From positions 1 to 54,699 of the forward strand of contig CBDCCZ010000024.1 in assembly GCA_965215005.1 (NCBI GenBank): a stretch of DNA of 54,699 bases, read 5' to 3'. The notes beneath the pieces are model-generated. The model searched no databases, was not told the origin of the DNA, and was given only the letters and a program-made list of their open reading frames with translations. The stretch comes from Kofleriaceae bacterium (GTDB lineage: Bacteria > Myxococcota_A > Polyangia > Haliangiales > Haliangiaceae). Below are positions 16,701-25,514 of the stretch, one piece after another (position 1 is the first letter of the stretch; every line of letters begins with the position of its first letter). Made by a program: the position numbers and the translations under genes.

Positions 16701-19700
16701 TCACGCTTTCGACCAGGCCATCGGCGCCGAGCTCGGTGCTCTTCCAGGTGCCCTCTTCGTCGCGGGTGTCGACGAACAGTCGGTGGTAGCTCGCTGACCA
16801 TTCGGTACCATCCGGCTTGACCACGCTGGTGACCCGGTCGAGCTCATCAAATGTGCGCACGGTGTAGCGTGGCGCCGTCTCTGCGAAGTACGGCCGACTC
16901 ACCTGTATCGGTCGCCCAAACTCATCATAGACGTAGTCTTCTCGCACTTCTCTGCCGTCGAACGCGGTGTTCGCGATACGCACCGGCTCGCCAAATACGT
17001 TTTCTTCGACGCGCAGGAGCTGGCCGTCTGAGGTGGTCATGGTCGCGCTGGTGAACGCCATCGCCGCCAGCTCCTGCGCGGGCCGATAGGAAACTCGACG
17101 CCAAGAGCCATCCTGCTCGCGCACCTCGCGCGGGCGCCCGAATCCGTCATACTTCATTTCCACGCGAACGCCGTTCTCATCTTCGAGCATGGCTCCAACT
17201 CCGAGGCCGGAGTGAACCCAGCTGTGCACGGAGTGGCCGAGCGGATTGCTGACCTTGCGCGGATGGATATCGAACTCGTCGTACTCGATCGTCACCGCGC
17301 GTGTCACACCTGCTGCTTCTGTTTGCTCGATTGCCTCGGTGAGGCCGAACGCGTTGTGACTGTACTCCGTCACCAGTCGCAGGCTCGGGTTCTCCGGCTC
17401 GAGCGTCGTGGAGGCGAGCGCACCGGTGGCGAGGTCGTAGGTCGCGCTGCTCTTTCGGTCCGCACAGAGACCGTCGCGACAGGAGGTGGCGCGCTGCTCG
17501 ATGGGCCGCCCAATGATCCAACGGCTCGGATCATTGCGATACGCTTTGCGGACCACCAGGCTCGAGACCTCACTGCGGTTGGCCGCCGCGACGCTCACGT
17601 CAAGCTTTGTGACATTGCCGTAGTCGTCGAAGGCGTACTCTGACCAAACCATCGATAGCGGTGCACTGGTTGCTACCGTGGAGGCGGGACCTTCGCGCAA
17701 GCGTTCGGTTCGAACCGACTGCCGTATCGCATAGGTGCCATTGCTGAACTCATGCAGCCGTGGAGGTGCTGTCTCGGTTTGGAGCCTGCTCGTTCCTTCG
17801 CTCAGATCGATGCGCGTGCTGGTTTCCTTCGGCACCTTCGCGAGAGCGAAACCGCGCCGGTCACTCACGCGCGTCTGGTTGTCAAAGTGCGAGATGATGG
17901 TGGTGTGCTTTCTTGGATAACTGCGCACAATCGTCTCGAACCCAAGCGTTGCACCACTTAGGCGGTCGCTTCGCAGCCCTTGATAACGCATTTCTGTTGC
18001 GGAGAAATCGCCTCGATGAGTCATCGTGTGCATCTTGGAGACGACAGCGACATCCGGTCGCGTGACGCAGCGCTGTTCATGTGAGCAGCTGGAGCCGGCG
18101 GTGTAGATGGCTTCGCCGCTCTTGAGGCTTGCGTAGTAGAAGTGCGCGAGCTCGATGTTAGAGCCCACTAAACTCGCTCCGGTCAGCAGGATCGGCGGCA
18201 GCTTCGGTCTGCTCCATACCGACTTGATGCGATACGGAACGAGAATTCCCCCTTCTCTGGCAGCGGCCCCTGAGCTGCCGACGATCTCGATCTTCGAATC
18301 ACCGTTGATGCGCAAGAGCTCGGGCATGCCGTCGCCGTCAAAGTCGGCGACTCGCGAGAACATAAAGTTGCCGTTGACTACTTGGCCACCGTCGACTGCG
18401 AGGATGTGCTGCTTCATCGTTCCGTTCATGGACAGATAGGCGACGATGGTGACATGTCCCGGCGGGGCGATAGCGGAGTCTGCAATCACCACAAGGTCCA
18501 TCAAGCCGTTGCCGTCAACGTCGGCCACATGCGAGCCACGGTATGCGCCGAATGAACCATCGTGATACTTGGGAGGAACGTACTCGCCTGCCGGCACCAG
18601 CACCTTCAGCGGACCGAATCCGCGACCGGTATTCATGTGCACATAGAGGTCCTCGGACCAAGGGTTGACCGCGTCAACGAGTCCATCCCCGTTGATGTCG
18701 ATGAACTCGAAGCCGCGGCCACCGTGGTCTTGCGCGCCGAGATTCGTCTGCTTGCTGCGCATGCGGCCACCGTCAAAATCGAGGTAGCTCATCGTGCCGC
18801 CGCCGAGATTCTGCAGCAGCTCGGTCTTGCCGTCGCCGTCGATGTCAGCGGCAAAGCTCGTGAGGCGCCCCGCGACGCGAGTCCTGACCCGATCTCCGAA
18901 CTCGATGCCATTCTCGGTCGGAACGCCGCCCCGCTGCAGCCACCAACAGTGGGGCTGGTCACAGTCGTCGGGATCCGGGTACTCGCTTCCGTAACTCTCG
19001 AAGTTCAGCTGATCGGAGTAATGGTCGCCATCGACGTCCAGGTAAGTGGGAGCATACTCAGGAATATAATCCAGTCCTCCTCGCTTCAAGCCGACATCGT
19101 CACGCACGAAGTCTTGGCTGAGATTGCTCCACCGCCAGAGAAAGTAGCCAGAGCGATCGCTATCGAACTTTCCGTCTGGCGTTCGCCTTATCTGATATGC
19201 GAGCACCTCCGTAGTCCCGTCGCCTTCGAGGTCTAGCAAGCGATACGGCACAGCGTGGCTCTCGAGACTGGTCTCGAACGGATCTCCTGGCCCTTTACCT
19301 CCCCCAAAGCGGACTCTCGCCGGCTGCGTCGCGCCTCCGGGAACATGGCGAGGGTAGAGGACATCCACGCGACCGTCGCCGTTGAAGTCACCGAAGTTGG
19401 CCGTGGTGCCCAGATACGAGGGGTCATCAAAATCGGCGCCTCGGTGATCCCTCGTTCTGTAGTCGTATTCTTCCGACCACTCGAAATGAAGTGGATGCTT
19501 GCACACGTCGAATTGGTCGCACTCGGTGATCCATCTCAGCTGGCTGGCAGTCGCAAGCGGTCCTTCATCATAGGAAAGCCGATACGAGCGCAGCAGCTCT
19601 AGGTTGGTCGGATTCGGCCCATGCATTTCGATGCGGCGCAGCCTCTTGCTGCGCTTGGACCAGAAGCCGCCGTCGAAGAGCTCGGTTGCATCGCCACGAT

Positions 19701-20709
19701 CTCCGTAGATGAAGTCGACGCGGCGCGTATGAGACTGTCCGGGATGGCCACCGTACGCAATCGACTTCGGCAGTAGCTCGACCGGTGCGAACGCTGTCCT
19801 TCCGACATCGCCTTCGTAGGCGATCTCCATCGAGTTGCCGAACCGATCGGACACCGTTTGGAGCCGCCAAGAGCGGACGACATTGCCGGTGTTGGTGAGC
19901 TCCCCATGTGCAGTTGTTACCTCGACACGTGGACCCCACTCTTCCTGCGCATACCTGAGGACGCGGCCGTCCTTGGTCCAGGCAGTGAAGCTAGCGATGG
20001 GTGCGTTTACGTCAGGACCCGCTGAATTAGAGACGATTTTGGTGAACGTCTCCGACTCTGTTCGATACTCGGTTCCGTGGCTACCATAGTGGCCGTTGAC
20101 CGCGATGAGCCGCTGACCGCCGAGGCAGAGATAGTCGGTTGGGCTGACATGAAACCACGAGGCATTGAAAATCAGCTGCTTGTAGTCGCCGTCGCGGCGG
20201 ATGTCTCTGCCACAGCGAGTGATGCCGCCACCGATGCCAGAGAGGGACCAGCCAACCCCAACGCTACCGTTAGCGAGGGTGCTCGAGTATTCGAGCGAAA
20301 GCTCCGGCTCTAGACCATTGCGGCCTTCCGGAACCCACAGAGGCACCGAGATCGTCGCGTGACCCGAGGAATCGATGTCGTAGGTGACGCCCATCGCTTC
20401 GGTGGTCTCGTCATCGTCATGTTCCGTTGCGATCACGGCGGTGGCCAGTGCATCCCCCGGCTCAGCGAGCATCATCGGGGGCGGTGAGATGAAGTTGCTC
20501 GTCGAGTCGCTGCGGGAACTGCTACGTACTTCCGCGGCTGCCGTCACGATGTGGTCGTTGTTGGTGCACGAGGTCGACCCCATCGCGAGCAACGCCCACA
20601 GCCATAGGAGCGGCTGCCAATGAGCGGGCCGACACGGCAGGAGACGCGTCGTGCGCAGGGGCTTCTCGCTGCTTCGGTGGGCAAGGCGCTGGAGGTGCAT
20701 AAGCGGCAT
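13708..20709 (-). CDS. SpvB/FG-GAP/Rhs(YD)-repeat polymorphic toxin with pretoxin HINT and C-terminal BECR-like nuclease
   Basis: SpvB-like start (VPEGRNGLEPELSLEYSS...NGSVGVGWSL), DFNGDG/DINGDG repeats, YD repeats, Rhs core end GFTGHQHD...FLTPDP...YNYVMNRPLYFVDPTG, HINT CFPAGT...VLVHN (14415-14014) and a 101-aa tip. Start uncertain (ATG 20709 or 20700). Confidence 0.93.
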   Translation of the reverse strand: MPLMHLQRLAHRSSEKPLRTTRLLPCRPAHWQPLLWLWALLAMGSTSCTNNDHIVTAAAEVRSSSRSDSTSNFISPPPMMLAEPGDALATAVIATEHDDDETTEAMGVTYDIDSSGHATISVPLWVPEGRNGLEPELSLEYSSTLANGSVGVGWSLSGIGGGITRCGRDIRRDGDYKQLIFNASWFHVSPTDYLCLGGQRLIAVNGHYGSHGTEYRTESETFTKIVSNSAGPDVNAPIASFTAWTKDGRVLRYAQEEWGPRVEVTTAHGELTNTGNVVRSWRLQTVSDRFGNSMEIAYEGDVGRTAFAPVELLPKSIAYGGHPGQSHTRRVDFIYGDRGDATELFDGGFWSKRSKRLRRIEMHGPNPTNLELLRSYRLSYDEGPLATASQLRWITECDQFDVCKHPLHFEWSEEYDYRTRDHRGADFDDPSYLGTTANFGDFNGDGRVDVLYPRHVPGGATQPARVRFGGGKGPGDPFETSLESHAVPYRLLDLEGDGTTEVLAYQIRRTPDGKFDSDRSGYFLWRWSNLSQDFVRDDVGLKRGGLDYIPEYAPTYLDVDGDHYSDQLNFESYGSEYPDPDDCDQPHCWWLQRGGVPTENGIEFGDRVRTRVAGRLTSFAADIDGDGKTELLQNLGGGTMSYLDFDGGRMRSKQTNLGAQDHGGRGFEFIDINGDGLVDAVNPWSEDLYVHMNTGRGFGPLKVLVPAGEYVPPKYHDGSFGAYRGSHVADVDGNGLMDLVVIADSAIAPPGHVTIVAYLSMNGTMKQHILAVDGGQVVNGNFMFSRVADFDGDGMPELLRINGDSKIEIVGSSGAAAREGGILVPYRIKSVWSRPKLPPILLTGASLVGSNIELAHFYYASLKSGEAIYTAGSSCSHEQRCVTRPDVAVVSKMHTMTHRGDFSATEMRYQGLRSDRLSGATLGFETIVRSYPRKHTTIISHFDNQTRVSDRRGFALAKVPKETSTRIDLSEGTSRLQTETAPPRLHEFSNGTYAIRQSVRTERLREGPASTVATSAPLSMVWSEYAFDDYGNVTKLDVSVAAANRSEVSSLVVRKAYRNDPSRWIIGRPIEQRATSCRDGLCADRKSSATYDLATGALASTTLEPENPSLRLVTEYSHNAFGLTEAIEQTEAAGVTRAVTIEYDEFDIHPRKVSNPLGHSVHSWVHSGLGVGAMLEDENGVRVEMKYDGFGRPREVREQDGSWRRVSYRPAQELAAMAFTSATMTTSDGQLLRVEENVFGEPVRIANTAFDGREVREDYVYDEFGRPIQVSRPYFAETAPRYTVRTFDELDRVTSVVKPDGTEWSASYHRLFVDTRDEEGTWKSTELGADGLVESVSEPGILGPLTTEYRYAPFDQLREIEDPRGLMRSFSYDVLGRVTQQTDPDSGITGYTYDGFSRIKTMTTGAGTVAHDYDLLDRLVTRTAPEGTSSYSFDTAPNGIGMLDTARSADGVVTRFSYDALSRPTRKAWEIDGTSYQVGFTYDALGRLSKVAYPATAEAPTPLTIQQRFNEHGYLLAIHDDASGMPYWTLRERNPEGRGVREQLGSNLESFWSWNSDTGRLDAQNTTNGTGDVVQSLDYSYDNVGNLTSRINPDGRVEEFGYDFQYRLHTWTPDLDDTARVTTYDYDVLGNIVSIESDTVPEMTARYASTSNRMTSFNGQPVQLDGAGRVTSIAGTTLRFNSFDLPRQIRKDGDVFDFEYDAFDRRVMKRSMAANDYAQHITLDGIMERKLGGPDADSTAYFIMAEGRAVARIEHTAPTAPAEVSYLLHDSLGSVRTMTDAAGNEIESYDFSPFGHRISSTSPGIVGTVAYGGDQHLGFTGHQHDDDLGLVNMQGRMFDLATRRFLTPDPVIQDPTESQNLNAYNYVMNRPLYFVDPTGFEGEKTNAERNSQWIRDTHHSKWKGSYNPDNKPNTNKSSGPKKGDGDDAPVDEGVPGNSADSSGTSGTSADKHETGGGTEVPDEAFAQETLVEAEVVDVANLSQPVDGTGTINFASAGARATGETALALGKGIASLSGVGGTIVSAIELGQAVAAGDLPGAIGATIGLVPIPGGRFIGKAAGWTGRFLGKWAGKAGRWLGKKADKLFGKNSGRGAGRVWCFPAGTKVHTPEGLVDIEDVETGDDVLAYDDSIGEVVVRRVDDTSTSWTERLVEVELSGETIASTSGHPYWEKTTRRWLRADELRPGMMVRLRDGRAEEVRSVGERDGLTEVHNFEVADDHNYFVGESGVLVHNGGPESFGDFNQARNAALGWLQARGFKAERQVAGRFGPNAGKPIGMSSADGRVGFRVEFDGRSGAHINVWDHNAPKGSQKGPHFRFKGSEKTVNTIVRQFGC

Positions 20710-20722
20710 GCGCCGCGGCCTT

Positions 20723-20738
20723 AGCACGAAGCGAGCCG
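20723..20738 (-). promoter_or_regulatory. Putative sigma54 promoter of the Rhs toxin operon
   Basis: Minus strand CGGCTCGCTTCGTGCT with GG-N10-GC spacing; four GGAACA/TGTTC-type half-sites lie upstream at 20801-20849. Confidence 0.4.
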
Positions 20739-21127
20739 TCGCTGATCGCTGCGCGTCGTCGAGCACAGCCAGGCGCAGCGCGAGGGGATTGATATCGATC
20801 GGAACAGCGGAGCCTGGAACACGACACGGTGCGCTGTTCAGGCTGTTCCGGTTCTGACTGCGTCGGGGCGATTGGAAGGCTGTAGCGGCGCTGCTTTGGA
20901 TGGGGCGCTTGAGTGCCGTCGCGGCGAAGGCGGGGCGGTGGCGAGGTGGATTTTGCGGGTGGTGGGGAAGGTTTCGCTGCGGTGCAAGCTCACCCCGTGG
21001 GAGTGGAGGGGTGAAAGGGAGGCCAGGTTTTCAGCCTGAGCTGCTGTGGGCGGGAATCTGGCTGCTGTAAGCTCGTGGCCGAGGTCGCGCGCTTCGGGTC
21101 GAGGCGGCGGGGGAGGAGGATAGGCAG

Positions 21128-22243
21128 GTGGAGTTGCAACGGGAACGGGTAGCGGAGTCGCGGGTCGACGCGCGGTTGGATCAGCATCAACGGGCGCGAC
21201 GTCGGGGCGAGGCGCTGGTGTCGGTGCTCGATGAGGTCGCGAGAGGACGAGTCCTTTGGCGGCAGTGGGCGCGCTCGCGCGATCGCGGTTGCGTGGCGGT
21301 GCGCGCGGCGGCGGCGGACTCGCTGGTGGAGGGCTACGTGCTCGCTATCGACGACGCGGCGCTGCGCACGGCGGTTTGGCATTACGCGGCGGCGGCGCTG
21401 GGGTTGCCGGTGCTCGACGCGCTGTCGCGTTGGGCCGACGCGAGTGCGCGCGAGCGCGTTGCCATCGCTGAGCGCGCGGCCGCTGGTGTGACGATGGAGC
21501 TGCGCGGGGTGGTGCGCGCTTCGTTTTTGGGGCGCGGGCGTTTTGCCGACGAGCTGGTGCTTGGGGTCGATACGCTTGCCGCGCTTGCCAGACTCGCCGG
21601 CGATTTGATGCCGGCGATGCTGGTGGAGCTGCCAGAGGCCGACACCACGGCGCTGGCGGCGGCGGCGGCGGCATTGCACGCGGTCGCGGCGGCGGCACCA
21701 ACGCTGCCGGTTGCGTTGGTGGTCGATGCAGCGGCGCTGGAGCGGTTCGTCAGCGGGGAAGGTGCGCTGCGGCGATGGCTAGAGGCAAGTCGCGTGATGG
21801 TGAGCCAGCGGCTGGCGGGCCAGGAGCTGGTGCGGCTGCGGGGCGCGGAGGTGGCGCGGCGCCCCGCCAGCCCCGAAATCGAGGGGCTGCTCGAGCACGC
21901 GCGTGCAGCCCGGCCGGCGGCGTTGGCGGGGGATCGGGCGGCAGACGCAGTGCTATGCGCGGCGGCGCAGCGGGTGCTCCGTGCGCTGCTGCTTGCCGAG
22001 GTTTCGGACCCGGCGCTGTGGGACGGGACCACGCTGCGCAGTGAAGCGCTCGGGCTGGCGGTGCTGGTGGATGGGTTCGGCGCCTTGGCCGACGCTAACG
22101 CATATCGTCGCGACCGGCAGGAAGATGCGCGACTGCAGCTCGAGTCGTATGTCGTGGTGCGGCTTTTGGCGGATGACGTCATCGCGTGTCCGAGCCAGGC
22201 GCTAACCACCGTGCGAGCCGTGCTCGAGCGACGGCTGCCGTGA
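21128..22243 (+). CDS. Hypothetical protein with C-terminal DUF559/Vsr-like endonuclease-fold domain
   Basis: C-terminus LAVLVDG...YRRDRQEDARLQLESYVVVRL resembles DUF559 (LAIEIDG.xH...YRRDRRKD..LQ..GY.VLRF), with the Glu and His substituted. Confidence 0.55.
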   Translation: MELQRERVAESRVDARLDQHQRARRRGEALVSVLDEVARGRVLWRQWARSRDRGCVAVRAAAADSLVEGYVLAIDDAALRTAVWHYAAAALGLPVLDALSRWADASARERVAIAERAAAGVTMELRGVVRASFLGRGRFADELVLGVDTLAALARLAGDLMPAMLVELPEADTTALAAAAAALHAVAAAAPTLPVALVVDAAALERFVSGEGALRRWLEASRVMVSQRLAGQELVRLRGAEVARRPASPEIEGLLEHARAARPAALAGDRAADAVLCAAAQRVLRALLLAEVSDPALWDGTTLRSEALGLAVLVDGFGALADANAYRRDRQEDARLQLESYVVVRLLADDVIACPSQALTTVRAVLERRLP

Positions 22244-22247
22244 GCAG

Positions 22248-23198
22248 TCACGGCACGCGTACGCGATACGCTTGAAACACCACCACGCTCACGGCGCCAA
22301 ATAGCAGGCTCGCCACCGACAGATGCAAAACCTGCAACACCGCCGGGACACCGCCATAGGCGAGCCCCAAGCCGAGAAGAATCTGCACCAAACAGAGCGC
22401 CAAGACCACGAGCGACCAGCCGCGCAGTCCATGGTGCCATCGGGTCGAGCGGTGGGATGCGAAGGCCAATGCCGCGGCGGCCATGGTCACGACCAAGCCG
22501 AGCTGTCGATGGGCGATGTCGGGCCAGAATCCCAGCGGCAGCCACTCGCTGCGCGGCACGCCGAGCTTCTCGAGGTCTTGCAACAGCGAGCGCACCTCGG
22601 TGCCGACGGCGACCTGAATCAGCACGAGCACTGCCACCGCGAGTGCCGCGCGGCCAACCCATCGCTGCGCCTTGGGCACGGGCGCTGCGCCCTCGCGACC
22701 GCAATAGCGCGCGCCGAGGAATGCGTACTGCAGGAGCCCAACGATGATCAGCGCCACGAGCAGGTGCAGGGTGAGCGTCTCGGACTTGAGCTCGTCGGCG
22801 ACGACCCGGCCGCCGAGCCAGCCTTGAAACCCGACCAACAGAAACGCCATCAGGGATGGCCAGAAGACGTGCGGCTGGCGGCGGTAGCGGCGCCAGGCGG
22901 CAATCAGCGTGGCGAAGATGAGCAGCCCGATGACCACGCCCGTGAGTCGGTTGAGGTATTCGATCCACGTGTTGGTCGCATCGAACTGCGCTGGATCAAA
23001 GCCCGCGGGCAACTGCTCGGCCCGCGTTGGCGGCACCCAGCGGCCAAAGCAGCGCGGCCAGTCGGGGCAGCCGAGGCCGGCTCCCGCGGCGCGAACCAAT
23101 GCGCCCACGGCGATGAGAAGATAGGTGGCGATGGTGGTGGCGAGGGCGAGGCGCGTGAACCCATCGCGGTGGGGGCGAGGCGCTAGGGAGTGCATCAT
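22248..23198 (-). CDS. ctaA: Heme A synthase (COX15/CtaA family)
   Basis: GAGLGCPDWPRC, WIEYLNRL, QGWLGG, conserved His-bearing TM helices and eight hydrophobic segments. Confidence 0.88.
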   Translation of the reverse strand: MMHSLAPRPHRDGFTRLALATTIATYLLIAVGALVRAAGAGLGCPDWPRCFGRWVPPTRAEQLPAGFDPAQFDATNTWIEYLNRLTGVVIGLLIFATLIAAWRRYRRQPHVFWPSLMAFLLVGFQGWLGGRVVADELKSETLTLHLLVALIIVGLLQYAFLGARYCGREGAAPVPKAQRWVGRAALAVAVLVLIQVAVGTEVRSLLQDLEKLGVPRSEWLPLGFWPDIAHRQLGLVVTMAAAALAFASHRSTRWHHGLRGWSLVVLALCLVQILLGLGLAYGGVPAVLQVLHLSVASLLFGAVSVVVFQAYRVRVP

Positions 23199-23200
23199 GA

Positions 23201-23938
23201 TCAGGCCTGTCGAGCTTGGTTCGTGCTCGATTCGGGCCATTCCAGCACGCCGCCGATGCCCTCGCCAGTGAGCTCGGAGGGAATGGGCCGCGGCAAAATG
23301 ATGCAGCCGGTGCCGTCGCCGCCGCCGACGAAGGCGCCGCGGCCCTGGCAATATTCGCGCACCGTTGCGGCGCCAATGAGCGCGTCGAGCATGTCGCGTC
23401 GGCCGGCGGCAAACCCCGCAAAGTCGATTGTGATACGGGGCTGTCGGGTTTGGTCGAGCAGACTCAACGACGCCGTTGGAAATATTTCCAGGGTCTGTGC
23501 GGCTTCGCTGGCGCCCTCGAAGAGCGCAAAGCCAAGGCGCATCCACGGCGGACATAGCGCGTCCACCGGCGTCCACTGCGGATTGCCCAGTCCCAGCGCT
23601 TTGACCACTACCTCGCAGTGACGTCCAAAGCCTTTGTCGCCGGAGCGCGCTTCTCGCCAGCGCCGCTTAGGGCGATCCCAATAGTGCACGCGCGATTCCG
23701 CAAGTGGCTGCCGCGGCGCATCGATCCCGACCACGATCCGATCGGCGTCGGCGCTGAGCTCCTCCACCAACCGCCGCGCCGCCCGTCGCGCCTCCGCCGG
23801 CCGCTCGACCTCGAGCCAGCCCGTTGCGACGCTCACGCCGTCGGCGTCGAGGGCGGTATAGGCGCTGGGTCGCCGCTCTTGTACATCGATACCCACGAAC
23901 AGCGGCCGCACCGAAGACTTCATCGAGCTCGCGGGCAC
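23201..23938 (-). CDS. DUF429 family protein (RNase H-fold predicted nuclease)
   Basis: FVGID, VVGIDAP, EIFPTAS, DMLDAL and GCIILP motifs. Confidence 0.75.
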   Translation of the reverse strand: MPASSMKSSVRPLFVGIDVQERRPSAYTALDADGVSVATGWLEVERPAEARRAARRLVEELSADADRIVVGIDAPRQPLAESRVHYWDRPKRRWREARSGDKGFGRHCEVVVKALGLGNPQWTPVDALCPPWMRLGFALFEGASEAAQTLEIFPTASLSLLDQTRQPRITIDFAGFAAGRRDMLDALIGAATVREYCQGRGAFVGGGDGTGCIILPRPIPSELTGEGIGGVLEWPESSTNQARQA

Positions 23939-24066
23939 TCATCCCTATAGCGCATTGCGGCGCTCGACGCACCGCGTGGCGATGCCGCAGTGAGGCGCTC
24001 GAAACCCAACGATCGATGCGACAGACGCCGACGGAGGGCGGTGCGTCATCCATCCGGCGTCGGACG

Positions 24067-25473
24067 CTAGCGGCGCGTGCTGGAGCGGCGGGTGGGGCGG
24101 CGCCGGCCGCGCCACAGGAGGGCAACGGCGGTGCTGAGTTGGCTGGTGATGGTGGCGATGCCGAGAGCGGCGGCCCAGGCGGTCCAGGTGGGAATGGGCG
24201 CGGCGGCAGTCTCATCGAACAATGCGAGGGCGCCGCCGGCGAGGGCACTGGCGGCGAACGCCAGAGCGACGGGGACGACGGCGCTGGCGACGGGGCGCCA
24301 GGCAGCACGCGAGCGGCGGTCGGCACGATGGGTCAGCGCGGCACCGGCGAGGATGGCCGCGAGCAGGAGCACGACCCCGAGCGGGTCGAGGACGACGCGC
24401 CATGGCTTGGTGGACAGGCTCGGAGCGCCTTGCACCGCCGCGATGGTGGCAACGCTGGCCAGCGCGGTGAGCGGCACCAGAGCGGGCGAGCGGCGCACGA
24501 AGTGCAGCATCAAAGCGAGTGCCGCGGCAGCCAATCCCAGGGCGATGACCCGTGGCATCAGCGGGGCCTTGGGTAGGGCAGGCCGCGGCTGGGCGAGCGC
24601 GATGGCCAGGGGACGGCCGTGGGAGCCAGAGGGCAGGGCGACGGCGGTGGATTCGGCGAGCGCGTGCGCGACATCGACGAGCTCGACCGCGCCGCGTTGG
24701 CGCGGCGTATCGCCGGCGATGCAGCCGCGTACGAGCCGGATTTCTGGCTCAGCACCGCCGTGGCCGCCGCGGGCCAAGTGACCGTGGTCGGAGAGCACGA
24801 ACCAGCGCAGCTCGTCGCTCGGTGGTGCAACGGCTAGGAGTTTGCCGAGCAGGCGATCGGCGGCGGCGGCGGCGGCGCGGTACTCCGCGGAGGCGGCGCC
24901 GTGGCGGTGACCGGCGCCATCGACGGCGAGCAGATGCACCAAGACGAGCGGCGCATCGCTGGCGCTGGCCTCGCGGGCGCGTGCCGCGAAATCGAATCCC
25001 TCGACGCTGGCGACCTCGACCTGCGAAAACCCCAGCGAGCCGGCGATGCTGGGATGCGATTCCGCCACCGCGATACTGCCCGGCAGCGAGCTGATTGCCG
25101 GCGCGAGCAACCGCGGATGATTGCCGAGCTGCACCCCCGATTGCTGCTGGCGCTGCCCGGTCCAGAGGACGCGCTGCACTGGCAGGGATACGGTGGGAAA
25201 GCCGACGTCGATGGTGAGCGAGATGCCCTGCCGACACAGCCGCACCAGGGTTGGAAGATGGCTTGCCATGGCGCGGCTGAGACCATCGATGACCAACACG
25301 CGGGTACGAGGCACGGGAGCCAGGGAAGCGGAGGCTGGGGAGGGCGGCGCCGGGGGCGCGCTCGGCCGATCGCGCAGCAGGGCGTGGGCCGCGGCCCACA
25401 GCCCGAGCGCTAACAGCGCCGCGGAGCTCATGAGCGCCAGCGCGAGTTGTCGGTTGGTGGTTCGAGAAGCCAT
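24067..25473 (-). CDS. Membrane-anchored alkaline-phosphatase-superfamily metalloenzyme
   Basis: LVIDGLS, PTVSLP, HLLAVDGAGHRHG and LSDHGH motifs; N-terminal anchor and several C-terminal TM helices. Confidence 0.75.
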   Translation of the reverse strand: MASRTTNRQLALALMSSAALLALGLWAAAHALLRDRPSAPPAPPSPASASLAPVPRTRVLVIDGLSRAMASHLPTLVRLCRQGISLTIDVGFPTVSLPVQRVLWTGQRQQQSGVQLGNHPRLLAPAISSLPGSIAVAESHPSIAGSLGFSQVEVASVEGFDFAARAREASASDAPLVLVHLLAVDGAGHRHGAASAEYRAAAAAADRLLGKLLAVAPPSDELRWFVLSDHGHLARGGHGGAEPEIRLVRGCIAGDTPRQRGAVELVDVAHALAESTAVALPSGSHGRPLAIALAQPRPALPKAPLMPRVIALGLAAAALALMLHFVRRSPALVPLTALASVATIAAVQGAPSLSTKPWRVVLDPLGVVLLLAAILAGAALTHRADRRSRAAWRPVASAVVPVALAFAASALAGGALALFDETAAAPIPTWTAWAAALGIATITSQLSTAVALLWRGRRRPTRRSSTRR

Positions 25474-25514
25474 CGTGCGCGCCCCGCGGGGCGCGCACGG
25501 TAGCAGGGTTCGAT

